From the NCBI GenBank assembly GCA_030264375.1, contig JASCQW010000109.1, forward strand, positions 68,909,351-68,973,350: DNA of 64,000 nucleotides. The letters are read 5' to 3'. Below are positions 21,615-34,048 of this stretch, piece after piece. Position 1 is the first letter of the stretch, and every line of letters begins with the position of its first letter. The notes beneath the pieces were generated by a model. It had not been told where the DNA came from, did not search any database, and worked only from the letters and a program-made list of their open reading frames with translations. Source of the stretch: Carcharhinus longimanus. Its lineage: Eukaryota. A program made the translations under genes and the position numbers.

Positions 21615-21917
21615 TTGGGCAGATACTCAGGAATAGAGGGCACAGCCTCAAGATAAGTGGGGGGGTGGGGGGGGGGCAGTTTAGAACGGAGTTAAGGAGG
21701 AACTTCTTCACTCAAAGGGTGGTGAATCTCTGGAATTCTCTNNNNNNNNNNNNNNNNNNNNNNNNNNNNNNNNNNNNNNNNNNNNNNNNNNNNNNNNNNN
21801 NNNNNNNNNNNNNNNNNNNNNNNNNNNNNNNNNNNNNNNNNTTACTGAATGGCGGGGCAGGCTCGAAGGGCTAGATGGCCTACTCCTGCTCCTACTTCTT
21901 ATGTTCTTATGTTCTTA
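21615..21917 (+). mobile_element. Young CR1 3' end spanning a gap
   Basis: ORF 21665 QFRTELRRNFFTQRVVNLWNS; tail ..ctcctgctcctacttcttatgttcttatgttctt. Confidence 0.85.
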
Positions 21918-21939
21918 AAGACATGCTCACTGTCAAACA

Positions 21940-22565
21940 TTCAAACACACACATACACTCACTCTCATAGACTCTCTCACACAAACGCTCATACACATGC
22001 TCACAGATTTACGCTCACACAGACTCGCTCCTACAGACTCACATTCTCATACAGACTCACTCAGTCTCTCAGAGTCACACACTCATGTCCACTCACACGC
22101 ACAGATTTTCACACGCAGAGACTAACACGGTCACTCACATAGGCTCTCACGCACTCATGCTCACACACTCAGTCACAGATTCACACTCCTTGCGCGCTCA
22201 TGCACATACCCACTCAACCCCACAGGCTCTGTGACATACACATACAGACACTGGTAGGCACTTTCAAACATATGGATTAAAACGCTCACTCACATCGGCT
22301 CTCGTACTTACATACTCATGCACTCACTCACAAACTTACACTCGCACAGACTGACTCACAAAGTCTCCCTGACGCATTCACTCAGGCATGCTCACTCAAT
22401 ATTACATAGACACATTCTATTGGACTCACCAACTCACACTCATACACACGCAGACACACACAGGCAAACACACTCACTCACAGAGAGTCTCTCACGCACA
22501 CACACTTTCAAACAGTAACAGTCACACACACACACTCACTCACACACAGTAAGACACAATCACTC
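21940..22565. repeat. Degenerate CA/CT-rich low-complexity repeat
   Basis: About 620 bp of acac/actcac/acagac units. Confidence 0.85.
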
Positions 22566-22569
22566 CCCA

Positions 22570-22955
22570 CTCGGCCAGGGCAGGTTTGAATATTTTATCG
22601 CTGAGGAGGTGTTCGGGATGATTGTGATGATATAGAGATTCGCGTCCTCATTGCGTTCTCGCGCAGACCGAGCTTCCCGGACAGAGGTCGGTGGGTGAGT
22701 GGGGCGGGGAGGTATAGGGGGGGGGGGGGGGGGGGGGGGGGGGTTGGTGAGGGTGGGTAAGATGGGCCGTACAGGCGATGTTGCTGCGGTTGCTGTTCCT
22801 CGTGGTCTCCTTGGCCCGCTCCGAAATCTTGGCCACTGTGTTCCTTTAGGGAGTCGGTATCTGCACGGGAGGGTGATCGAGCGCGGCCAAACGGAGAGCG
22901 AGCGGACGCCATATTAAAAAAGGAAGACACTCATCTTCTTACTGCTCGCGGCACT
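22570..22955 (-). other. Orphan CpG-rich segment with a G27 run; resembles the 5' end of an unrelated gene
   Basis: Locally dense CpG; minus-strand AATATGGCG (YY1-like, with ATG at 22912) opening ORF MASARSPFGRARSPSR..; G run 22717-22743. Confidence 0.35.
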
Positions 22956-22999
22956 TCAAATCACAGATTGTTTCTTTCCCACATTTGTTGTTGATAGGC

Positions 23000-23630
23000 C
23001 CGCTACTACTACAGCGCAAATGACAACGTTGAAGCATTTGCAAATATCTTCAGCCTGAAGAGGGAGTGAATAATTCAACTCGACGTCCTACTGATGTCCT
23101 CAGCACTATAATTGCTAGTCTTCAGTCAATTCGATCAACTCATGTACTTTGAAGAAACGATGGAAGGTAATGGATACTGAAAATGCTATGGGTCTTGGAA
23201 AAATTCCAGCAATTGTTCTGAAGATTTTTCTAGCCCATATCTCGTCACGCCCATAGCCAATTTATTCCAGGGCAACTGCAACACCGACATTTGCCCAGAA
23301 AAGCGGAAAGTTGCTCTTGTAACCACTCTCCATCAAAAAAGTAGGATATATAAAACATAGCCAACTACCCACCCCATCAATCTACCCTCGATCTTCAGCA
23401 GGTTGCTGGAATCTGTCACCAACAGTGCTAGCAAGCAACGCTTATGAGCAATAACTTGTTGGCTGATGCTCAGGTTGGGTTCTCACAGGGTTATTAAGCT
23501 CCCTCCTAACCTCATTATAACTTTAGTCCAAATAGGGGAGCAATGATTTGAAATCATGAGGCAAGTTGAAAGGGAATGCCTTTAACATCAATTGAACATT
23601 TAACTGAATATAACATCAGAGAGCAATAGT
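23000..23630 (+). mobile_element. CR1-type LINE RT N-terminal remnant
   Basis: agccaactacc..cccatcaatctacc resembles SNYRPISL; gctcaggttgggttc resembles AQFGF. Confidence 0.55.
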
Positions 23631-24499
23631 GTGAAAATTCATGTTAATTAAAAAAAAACATATTTTGGGTGGGAATATCGTATTTTGCTATAAAAAAGGC
23701 TAAATGTGTGTGTGTGTGTGTGAAAATTATTTTATTAATCTTGGAAAGATTAGTGGACACCTATCACCTGACCGAGTTGAGAGAAATGGAATAAAGCTGC
23801 AAGATGCATGCTTTTGTAATGAGACTTTCCTGGTCAAGTGGTGCATAAGTAACTCTGCTAGGCTTAGAAATTTCTATTCGGAGATACCTTAAGGGAAGTA
23901 AAGCCTTTTGTTGCTTGCAAAGTTTTCGACAATAAACAAGGAAAGTTTGTTTATTTTTATTTGACCCAAAAGTGTGGCGATAGAAAACGATGAAATACGT
24001 TTATCTTTTGGAGAATTTAAATTCAACGAAATGCTGAGGACAATGGAATCATAAATGAAATGCAAAAAGGATATTTACGTCAAAGTTTTGAGAGCTTAGT
24101 TGTTGAACTTGGTGAGGAAAGCCTGCTAAAAACAACTCTGGGCTGTGAAAAGGTTCAAATCAGAAAGGCCCTGAGGCTGTAGAAAATATTTTTGTTTTGA
24201 AGACTTAGATTTCTGTGGAACAGCGGAGCTGAGTTTGAGAGGTCAAGCAATATGTCGTATTGCATCTACTGCAGCTTTTTCTTGGGCTAATATGATTGGA
24301 TTTTTATAACTAAATTTCTATAAGGGAATATTGCTCAAACGGCATATACTTGTGGTCGACCAAGGNNNNNNNNNNNNNNNNNNNNNNNNNNNNNNNNNNN
24401 NNGATGAATTTTAACTGTGTAATTATAATATTTTGTGCTTAAGTTTTCTATTCTTGTTTTTAATAATATTTTACATTTAGTTTTAAAAATACCAAAGGT

Positions 24500-25735
24500 T
24501 TTATTGGATTTTGTGCTGGTAAGATTAGTGAAGCTGATCAATCTCCTTGAAATTCTGCAGTCCATCTACCCACTTTGCTGTGAGCTGGAGGGTGAGGGAC
24601 GAGGACAGCGGGAGGTAGTCGAGGTTCTCCAGGTTTCTGACTTAGCAACATTGAGGAAACGGCAATATAGCTCCATGTCAGGATACTGCGTATCTTGGAA
24701 GGGAGCATCTGGTCCAGGGCGTTCACATGTATCTGCTGCCTTGTTTTTCCAGGTACTCGGGGCAAAAAACGTGGAAGGCATTGGCGAAGGAGCATTGCTG
24801 AGATCTTGCAGTGCGTCTTGTAGATGGTACAAACTGCTGTCTCCGTGGGTTACTGATGGAGGGAGACAATGTTGAATGTACTGAATGTCGTACGAATAAA
24901 ATGGGCTGCTTTGTCCTGGATGATGTTGATCTCCTGAATGTTGTTTGAGTTGCAATCTTCCAGGCAACTGGAGAGGATACCGTTACGTCCCTGACCTATA
25001 CACTATAGATAGTTGACAAACATGAATTGCTTCACTATCTGAGGAATCACGAATGACTCCGAACATTGTACAATCATCAGGGAACGTTCCTACACCTGAC
25101 ATTAAGATGGAAAGAAGGTGATTGATGAAGCAACTGAAGATTGTTAGCGCTGGACAGTACCCTCGGGAACTCTGCAGTGATGATTTTGGGCTCATCTGAT
25201 TGATTTCCAACAAACACAAACATCTGCCTTTGCGCTAGATATGACTCCAACCAAGTATTTCCTTTTGATTTACATTGACTCCAGTTTTGCTGGTGTCTCT
25301 TGATGCCATAATTTGTCAAATATGTACTTGATGTCAAGAACAGTAATTATCACTTCATCCCTTGGATACAGCCTATTTGCCTGTGCCTGGCCTAATGAGG
25401 TCGGGAGCTGAATGACCCCGGTGGAAACCGAAATGAGCATCTGCAGTTAGCTTTTTTCTGAGGAAGTACTACCTGACAGCACTGTCGACGATACCTGCCG
25501 TCACTTTGCTGATTATCGACTGTACACTGATGGAGCTTAATTGGCCTTGCTTTTTGTATCCTAGTGTTCCTCCTGGCATGCCCTCCTGCACTATTCATTG
25601 AACTAAGTTGAACAAAAGTTTGCTGGTAATGAGGATATGCCAGTCCAGGTGGTCACAGATTGTGTTTGAATCCAATTCTGCGGCAGCTTCTGGCCCACCA
25701 TGCCTCATGAATGTCCAGTTTTGAGTTGAGTTTTG
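24500..25735 (-). mobile_element. CR1-type LINE (family of 14335-15145)
   Basis: Minus ORF 24983 IFSCFINHL..GVGTFPDDCTMF (FADD-like); 3' part complementary to 14780-14990. Confidence 0.7.
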
Positions 25736-25744
25736 AGTTCAAGG

Positions 25745-26050
25745 TAAAATGGTTCTCTTGGTTGGGAGTCTAGAACCGGGTGCACATTTTCATAATAAGA
25801 CGGAAATTTCTTAGGAACGAGATGAGGAGAAATTTCTTTACACAGACGGTTGTGAATCTTCGGAAATTAATAACGTAGAGGGCTGTGGAAGGTAGATATT
25901 GATAGATTTTTGTTTAACAATAGCGTAAAAGTTTATGGGGATATTGAGGGCAAAATGTTTTGAAGTGTCCAATCAGACCTGATCATTTTGAATGGGCGGA
26001 GAATGCTCAATGGGCTGAATGACCTCTTTCTATACTTATATTTTGATGTT
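25745..26050 (+). mobile_element. CR1 3' fragment
   Basis: gatgaggagaaatttctttacacagacggttgtgaatctt and tail aatgggctgaatgacct. Confidence 0.7.
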
Positions 26051-27884
26051 AGTTCCCGCAGTCTCTACCCCAGACCAGGTCGAGCAGCATGTAACTTTGG
26101 ACTTGTCTAGCTCAGTGAGTAATGATGCTAACTTGCAACTCTGGCTGAGGAAATTTAATTCCAGCTGTCCAACATTTTGTGCCTTGCCATCCCCAGTGCT
26201 TCCTCTAAGTGCTTATTAAATTCATTTACGTGATGTGCACGTCGCTGCCGAGGACAGCATTTAGTGTTCATACTTTATTGACTTTGAGAAAATGGTGATG
26301 AGTTGCCTTTCTGAACAGCTGCAGTTCCTTTGGTGTACATACAGCCATGGTGCTATTAGGGAGTTTCAGGATTTTTCCCAGTGACTACGAATAAGTTGTT
26401 TCCAAGTCGGGATAATGAGTGACTTGGGTGCGAACTTACATGTAGTTGTAAAAGCAAAATACTGCGGATACTGGAAGCTGAAAAATTATTATGGTCTTGA
26501 CCTGTGCCCCTTTCCATTCGTTATCCCCTCTTTGTTGCTTGAGTCCAAAAGAGGTAGACGTTACTTAATCCCTTCTCAAGTTTTTTGCATGTGCAAAAGA
26601 AACAAACTCTCCTATTTTATCTTAAATCGACTCTGCTGCTGGTTTATAAATAGAAGATAGGATCATTCCAAACTAAAGGGTTGGGAAAATCGAAGGGAGA
26701 ATCCAAAATCAAAAACCTTGACGTTTAATCCCCGCTCCCCCACCAACCGCCCCGTCTGCAACATAGGGATATTTTCAATTGTCGGGTGCAAACCTAGCAG
26801 TATGGTGTGAAAATAACCCGAATCTTAAGGGTGGATAGAAAACGTCATCAAATCGACTTCATTCTTATAAGTTTGTGCTATGTTCCAGTCATATTTTTCA
26901 ATTCTTTACATTTTCCAGCAGCAATTTATCATGTCACACAGGTGCATGAGAAAGTGATTTTTTTAAGTGATTTTGTGAAGAATGTTTTTATTACTAAGAC
27001 CACCTGGATTCCCCTCCCCTCTTATTCATGGTTACATAAATATGGCCAAGGTATTCACAAAACCTTCACATTTTCATTAACATTGATATATAAAAATAAT
27101 TAAACACCCATTATCAATTTGGAGGCAAAATTATGTTGTTTTATAACCTGAAAAAAAAAGTTATTTTTCTTCGCTTCTGTCGTTCAGTTTATCTCTCGTC
27201 ACCTTGTGAAGACAGGAGGCACCCAGTCCCAGACTTTGGGTTTTGGAAATATAAAAGACGCAGTTGGAACAAGAGAGCTTATTCACTTCTGCACCGTTTT
27301 TCCAGATCTGGAAAGGAATATTGCGAATCTACATTCCGCATATGAACAAATTTATTCACGTGTTACAGATGCACATCGCCTCACATTTAAAGAAATTGCA
27401 ATGCTAAGCTGCTATTGTTTGGATTAAAAAAATCTGAATTGCTAATGGAACAAAAATGCGCAACTTTATTGATACCTTGACCTCGGTCTTAAAGTATGCT
27501 TAGAAAAATTAGGCTCTGGCTCTTTGAAAATGATGAGCATAATTTTGCTGCGCGCAAATTATATTTCTATTGATAAAGTCTAGTATTCCATGTACTTGTT
27601 AACAGTCTTTTTCAATCTGTCCTATATTTACGCCTCATTTCTGATGCTGCAGCTCTTTCAGGATCGTTTAATTTAACTTATAATGCCTCAACTTATTCAT
27701 CAAACCAATGTGCCAAGAAAATTTTCCTTCCACTGACGTTACATAACTACGCCAAAATTGTCAGAGCTGCGTCCCAAATGATAGGTGTGTTATTCAAGAT
27801 TTTCTTTCAGGATTTTTAACTCAGTATCAGAAACATCATGTAGGTGTTTTCCAAGATGACTTTGCCATATTTTGTTCTTCTACT

Positions 27885-29442
27885 GTCAAGGATCAGCTGG
27901 CGGACACATTCGCAGTCATTTTAACCCCTCCTTACAATGATCTGAGGTCCCTACCTACTTCAAGCAAACGAGCATGATCCTCATACCAAAAAAAAATGGG
28001 CAGCATNNNNNNNNNNCCTCGAAAGGTGAGTCATGCAAGAAATCAATCCAGCCTCCCAGATTGCCTGGATCAACTACAGCTCACCGATCACCACAACAGC
28101 CCCACAGCAGGTACCAATCCCTGGCCCTACACTCAACACTGGAATATTCGGATAACAAAGGCACTTATGTCAGATTCCAATTTATTGACTACATTTTAAC
28201 CGTCCACACCAATGTTTCTACAAACCTCTGTGGCCTTGGGCTCGCTCGGCTTCTACCTCCCTGACCGGATCCTAGACTTCCTAACCAACAGATTACAATC
28301 AGAAAGGATAGGGAACAACGCCACCTCCATTATCTTCAACATCCGTGCCCTGCAAGGCTGTGTCCTCAGCCTCTTACTATACACATAATACACCTATCAC
28401 TATGTGGCCAAATTCCCCTACAACTCAAATTTCAAGTTATACTGATGAAACGACCACAGGTCGGATCTCAAACAATGATGATACGGAGTACAGGAAAGAG
28501 GTAGAGAATCTGGTGAATTGGTGCGCCAACAAAAATGTCTCCTTCAAGGAGAGACAGGCGTAGTGGAGGACGTGCTGCTATCTAAATCAACGGGAGTGAA
28601 GTGGAAATCGTCGAGACTTTCAAGTTTCTATGTGTCTGGATCACTAACAATCTGTCTTGATCCCTCCACGCCGACGCTATAGCTAAGCAACCCACCAAAG
28701 TCTTTACTTTCTCAGGAGGCTAAGTAAATTCGGCAAGTCTGCGGCGACTCTCGCCAACTTTTACAGATGCAGCACAGAAGACATTCATTCTGTATGCATC
28801 ACTGCGTGGTATGACTGCTGCTTTGTCCAAGATCTCAAGAAACTAGAAGAGGTCATGAACGAAGCCCGATCCATCACGCAAACGAGCCCTCCATTCACTG
28901 ACTCTTTCTACACTTCACGCTGTCTCCGAAAAGCAGTCAGCATAATCAAGGACACAGCGCCGCCGGGCAAACTGACTTCCAACTTCATCCTTCGGGAAAA
29001 CAAATGCAAAAGTCTGAGGTCGTGTGCCGAACAACTCAAGAACAACCTCTTTCTGGCTCTCATGAGACTGTTGAATGGACTTACCTTTTCATAAGTTGAT
29101 CTTTCTCTACATCCTAGCTATGATATAGAAATATGGAAAATAGGAGCAGGGAGAGGCTATTTGGCCCTTCGAATCTGCTCCGCTATTTATCACGCTCATG
29201 CATGATCGCCCATTTCAATCGCCTAATCCTGCTTTCTCGCCATAACATTTGATCACATTCGCCCCAAAACAATATCTAACCCCTTCTTGAATTAATTCAA
29301 TGATTTGGCTTCAACTATTTCATTCTGCACCCTCTCCTTTCCTTCTCTGTGAGCTGTATGTTTTGTCTGTGATGCGCGCAAGAAATATTACTTTCACTTG
29401 ACACTAGTGCATGCCACAATAATAAATCAAATCAAATCAAAA
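27885..29442 (+). mobile_element. Rex1/Babar-clade LINE (RT and 3' tail)
   Basis: DQLADxF..EVPTYFK-like DNA, QFIDY, YTDETT (FADDTT-like), TEYRKEVENLVNWC; ends aataataaatcaaatcaaatcaaa. Split by a minus-strand CR1 tail at about 29125-29320. Confidence 0.8.
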
Positions 29443-29743
29443 TGAAGTCAAAACTTCTCTGCATTGTATTTCGTCTGCCACATGTCTGCAGATTTACCTG
29501 TGATGCTCTCCTGAAGTCAATTGNNNNNNNNNNNNNNNNNNNNNNNNNNNNNNNNNNNNNNNNNNNNNNNNNNNNNNNNNNNNNNNNNNNNNNNNNNNNN
29601 NNNNNNNNNNNNNNNNNNNNNNNNNNNNNNNNNNNNNNNNNNNNNNNNNNNNNNNNNNNNNNNNNNNNNNNNNNNNNNNNNNNNNNNNNNNNNNNNNNNN
29701 NNNNNNNNNNNNNNNNNNNNNNNNNNNNNNNNNNNNNNNNNNN

Positions 29744-29787
<44 letters not shown>

Positions 29788-29990
29788 CGGCGATGGAGGC
29801 ATGCATAGGAAAAAAATGGCGACCTTTGGTGACGTGGAAGGTATGATTGCAAGCAAGCTTCAGACTACAGTCGCACATATGTATTGCAAATTAACTCTGA
29901 AAAAATATCTACTAGCTTTAATGCATTTTATGCAGAGTTTTTTGATTGTGCACTCAAAAATATGACACTTGCCGCTTTTGGAAAAGGCCA

Positions 29991-30080
29991 GCTTTAAGAA
30001 CTGGTGCTGCAGTTATTGGTTGAGACTCTTCGTGTCGCTGTCGACCAATAAGAAGATGAGGCGCTGGGAGGGATCGACCC
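29991..30080 (+). promoter_or_regulatory. Pcdh promoter with CSE/CGCT box (putative CTCF site)
   Basis: GCTTTAAG 29991, TGCAG 30008, ATTGG 30015, CGCT 30036, CCAAT 30045, GATCGACC 30072. Confidence 0.88.
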
Positions 30081-30304
30081 ACTCCTCTGCCAGGAAAGCA
30101 CAGAAGAGAATCAAAGAGACAGACGGTGACTGTGTTTCTGCTGTGCGGCCATGTTCAAAAAAGCTGCACCCATTCAGTCTCTGCAATTCACTGCTCAAAT
30201 TCAGTCTTGAGAAATATATTCAAATAATCGTTGTTTAAAGGCTGAATTATTAAAAACAATTGATAGATATTTCGATATTTTGGAAGAAATTCTACGTCAG
30301 AACG

Positions 30305-32695
30305 ATGGTGAATGTACCGATGATCGGGGTCTCTTTTATTTCGCTGCATTGTTTTTGGCAACTTGTTTCGGCACAAGTTCGCTACTCGATTCCGGAGGAG
30401 CTGGAACGCGGGGCCTTTGTTGCGAACATCGCTGAGGATTTAGGATTAAACGTTTGGGAATTATCGGTTCGCAAGTTTCGGCTGATGTCCGATGACGGAA
30501 TGCAATTTATGGAGGTAAATTTGGAAAACGGGAATTTATTTATTAATGAAAGAATCGACAGAGAGCAGCTTTGCAGACAAATCTCTACTTGCTCCCTTCA
30601 TTTTCAAATAGCGCTCAATGACCCTATCGAACTGCACACTTTCGCAGTAGAGATCCTTGATGTAAATGATAATTCACCCAGCTTTGAAAAGGATGAATTC
30701 TCGTTTCAGATCAGTGAGTTAATTGCACCAGGGGCGCGATTCCCCCTCGAGAGCGCGCACGATGCGGATATCGGCACTAACACAATCGGCATTTATGAGA
30801 TTAGTCCAAACGAGCACTTCGGTATTAAAGTGCAGTCGATGAGAGATGGGAGTAGAAGTGCCGAACTGTCATTAGAAAAGCCATTAGACCGTGAGCAGCA
30901 GTCGACATTTCACCTTGTATTGACGGCCATTGACGGCGGGTTTCCTCAAAGGTCCAGCACGGCGCGGATTATCATTACTGTAGTGGACGCGAATGACAAC
31001 GCGCCCGTATTCGATCAAGAAATTTACAGGACCAAAGTTGTCGAAAACGTCGCTGAACGCACGTTAGTGATAAAGCTTAACGCTGCTGATTTGGACGAAG
31101 GCACCAACGCTGACCTAACATATTCTTTCACTAATCACGTTTCTAAAATGAATCGTGAGTTGTTCGCATTGGACCAAAAAACTGGAGAAATCAGAGTTCA
31201 AGGAAAAATAGATTTTGAAGAAGCACGTGTTTATGACCTCTATGTACAGGCTGTGGACAATGCTCCGCCGGGGTTGTCAGGACGGTGCAAAGTTGTAGTT
31301 GATGTAATTGACATTAATGATAATGCCCCTGAGTTAGCACTGACTTTGGTGTCCAGCAAGGTGCCGGAAGGCACTCCTCCGGGGACTGTGATAGCGCTGA
31401 TGAGCGTAACGGATCGAGATTCCGGTGAATATGGAGAGGTTCGGTGTCATGTTCCTGGGAATATTCCTTTTAAGCTCGAAAATCCTTTAAGAAACAAATA
31501 TAAATTGATTACAAGTGATAATCTCGATCTCGAAACGGCCTCAGTGTACAACATCTCAATTTCCGCCTGGGATGGTGGGTCTCCGCCTCTTTCAACAAGT
31601 AAAAGTATTATAATTTCGGTAACGGATATAAATGACAACGCACCGAGGTTTACGCAATCCTTATATAATTTGTATCTGTTGGAGAACAACACTCCGGGTG
31701 CTTCTATATTTGCCGTTACCGCTTTGGATGTTGATTTGGACCGGAATGGGGAGGTCTCCTATTCCATTCTGGATAATTCGACGCAAGAACTCCTTACACC
31801 AGTTTGCGTCACAATTAACTCAAGAAATGGGAACATATATCCGTTGCGTTCTTTTGACTATGAGAAACTGAGAAGTTTCCAGATTATAGTTCAAGCCCAG
31901 GATGCTGGCTCCCCCTCATTGAGCAGCACGGCCACAGTCAGTGTCATTATTCTGGACCAAAATGACAATGCTCCTTTTATTGTTTCCCCTTTAACTTGGA
32001 ACAGTACAGCCACAGTGGAGATCGTGCCTCAGTCAGTGTATCCAGGTTACTTGCTCACCAAGGTAATCGCGACTGATGCCGATTCCGGTCAGAACGCGCG
32101 GCTTTCCTACCAACTGTTGGGGGCCTCTGATTCTGGTTTGTTTATACTGGGACCTCTTTCTGGAGAAATCAGAGCAACTCGTCGTTTAAACGAGGAAGAC
32201 ATTGTCGCAGAAAGTCTGGTTATCTGTGTGAAGGACAACGGACAGCCGAGCCTCTCCAGCACGGCAACAATCTTCTTTTCAATTTTGTCCAATATTACCG
32301 AAAAATCTTTGGAACTAACTGATGAGCCAAGGCAGTCTGAATATTTTTGGCATATTAATCGTTACTTAATTATCTTTTTGGGATCGACTTCTTTTCTGTT
32401 TCTTGTCACCATTATTTTTCTAGTTGCCCTGAAGTTGAAACAAGATAGAAATGGTGCTGAAAACAATGGCTCGACAGTTTGTTGTTATAGGAAGAATTCG
32501 AATGATGCCTTTAATCGGAGACCTGAGGCTAGGGAGCCGTTCAATTATGCCGGGTCTGCTCACTCTGGAACTTATCGTTATACTGTATGTTTATCACCAG
32601 AATCATCGAAAAGTGATTTCTTATTCCTTCAGCCCGTCAATCCGACTTTGCCTTTTAATGATCTGTGTGTTCGGGAGACCAGGGCAATAAAATGA
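30305..32695 (+). CDS. Clustered protocadherin, single-exon ORF (796 aa from ATG 30305)
   Basis: The ORF-track start at 30260 is TTG; the first ATG (ACGATGG, MVNVPMIG..) aligns with paralog starts. Six EC repeats, TM, YTVCLSPESSKSDFLFLQP. Confidence 0.95.
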   Translation: MVNVPMIGVSFISLHCFWQLVSAQVRYSIPEELERGAFVANIAEDLGLNVWELSVRKFRLMSDDGMQFMEVNLENGNLFINERIDREQLCRQISTCSLHFQIALNDPIELHTFAVEILDVNDNSPSFEKDEFSFQISELIAPGARFPLESAHDADIGTNTIGIYEISPNEHFGIKVQSMRDGSRSAELSLEKPLDREQQSTFHLVLTAIDGGFPQRSSTARIIITVVDANDNAPVFDQEIYRTKVVENVAERTLVIKLNAADLDEGTNADLTYSFTNHVSKMNRELFALDQKTGEIRVQGKIDFEEARVYDLYVQAVDNAPPGLSGRCKVVVDVIDINDNAPELALTLVSSKVPEGTPPGTVIALMSVTDRDSGEYGEVRCHVPGNIPFKLENPLRNKYKLITSDNLDLETASVYNISISAWDGGSPPLSTSKSIIISVTDINDNAPRFTQSLYNLYLLENNTPGASIFAVTALDVDLDRNGEVSYSILDNSTQELLTPVCVTINSRNGNIYPLRSFDYEKLRSFQIIVQAQDAGSPSLSSTATVSVIILDQNDNAPFIVSPLTWNSTATVEIVPQSVYPGYLLTKVIATDADSGQNARLSYQLLGASDSGLFILGPLSGEIRATRRLNEEDIVAESLVICVKDNGQPSLSSTATIFFSILSNITEKSLELTDEPRQSEYFWHINRYLIIFLGSTSFLFLVTIIFLVALKLKQDRNGAENNGSTVCCYRKNSNDAFNRRPEAREPFNYAGSAHSGTYRYTVCLSPESSKSDFLFLQPVNPTLPFNDLCVRETRAIK

Positions 32696-33369
32696 TTTAG
32701 AAGCTATTGCCATACTAGGAATGACGGACTTTTCTTCACTTTGGTGAAGAAATATCGTTGTGCGATGAGGCAGTGAGTAAGAGCTTTTTGTCCATGTTTG
32801 ACACCAGCAGAAGGACTGGCAAGCTAAATTGCTTTCATTTGTGTAGATGACCTATGTGTCTGTGGTGCTGAATATACACGCCGCTTTTAGTAAATCCTCC
32901 ATTAAGGTTAGCACAAAATCTGGTGACTATTTGCTTCATTCTGCTTTGGTGAAATTAATATCATTGTGTTCCCCCATCATTTTCCCCCTGCTGATGAGGT
33001 GCTGTTGTGTAACATGTGCATAAAATTGGTTTGTATCCGAAGTATAATTTCAGCACCCGAGTGAATCCATCAGGATCGTTTCACAGAACTAAAACTTATA
33101 TTTCGGGTGCCAGGTTGTTTTAAAATAACCGGTTGTACCAATGCACGCAATGAGAATTTCGACAGTTTTTGAACAATAATACATGGATCTGAAAATGCTG
33201 CACATTTTCCAAAAACAAATTATACACTCATTAAATTGAATATTCCAAAAAAAATCTCTCTGCAATGTTCCGCCTTAATAGAAAGCTGGGCAAATAATCT
33301 TCGTATTCCATATTCGATTGGTTAACGAGGAGCTTAAATCTCACTGCAGTTTTTTTTTTAGTCTTTGAA

Positions 33370-33950
33370 ATTATTCAGCTTCCATATGAAAGTCATTACA
33401 CCATCTCCTTTCAGCACTTTCTCAGTTGCCGCATTCCCAATCGTCACAATTTACGAGGGGAAATCTCCTCATTCCTCCTGCCAGTATGCCAATTGCATGA
33501 AATCCGCACTCCTCATGGGTTATAAGGAAAACAGGTTTTCACCATGTTCGTTATCAAAACCTGTCATAATTCTGAACAAATCTGTTAAGTCTCCCCCTAA
33601 CAATTTTTGCTCTAGGGACGGAAGATAATATTTTATAATCTCTCTCCACGTAGCTGAATTCAATCGTTCTCGATGCTTCTCCAACAAATCTGTTGTGAAC
33701 GTTCTCCAATGCACGGTCAACGAGGTGATGCTGACTGTGCGTTAGGCCATAACTAGAGCATGGTGTGTAGTTCTGAAATTCGAAGGATGTGAAAAAACTA
33801 GAAAGGGTGCAGAGGGGATTTTGCCAGGATGTTGTCTGGGCTGTAGAGTTTTAGTTGTCAGAAATATTGGATAGAATGGGATTATTTTCCTTATAGCAGA
33901 GGGGACTGAAGGGGAAGATGATTGAGATATATAACATTATGAAGGGCTCC
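33370..33950. mobile_element. Two opposed CR1 RT fragments
   Basis: Minus ORF 33520 LPSLEQKLLGGDLTDLFRIMTGFD; plus-strand 33780-33950 ctagaaagggtgcagagg..ggattattttccttatagcagagggg. Confidence 0.65.
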
Positions 33951-34048
33951 CTGAGGAAACCCACGCACACGCAGTGAGAAAACACAATCTCCACAGAGAC
34001 ATCCCAGGCCAGAATTGAACGCGCTTCCCTGGTGCTGTGAGGCAGCAA
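33950..34048 (-). mobile_element. V-SINE head fragment
   Basis: ccctgaggaaacccacgcacacgcag..aattgaac..ccctggtgctgtgaggcagc. Confidence 0.65.

Noticed and set aside
21849-22518. His/Thr-rich ORFs (21849, 22318)
   Set aside because: Translations of the CA-rich low-complexity repeat.
22778-22849. Signal-peptide-like micro-ORF MLLRLLFLVVSLARSEILATVFL on the + strand
   Set aside because: Only 23 codons, ending in a stop, with no mature domain or splice support.
23700-24495. Possible solo LTR of a Gypsy element
   Set aside because: Composition is suggestive, but no second copy, TG..CA boundary or target-site duplication could be identified.
29744-29786. C43 homopolymer about 250 bp upstream of a CSE as a G-quadruplex/i-motif element
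   Set aside because: Directly abuts an N gap; long G/C runs at contig ends are commonly sequencing artefacts, so the length is unreliable.
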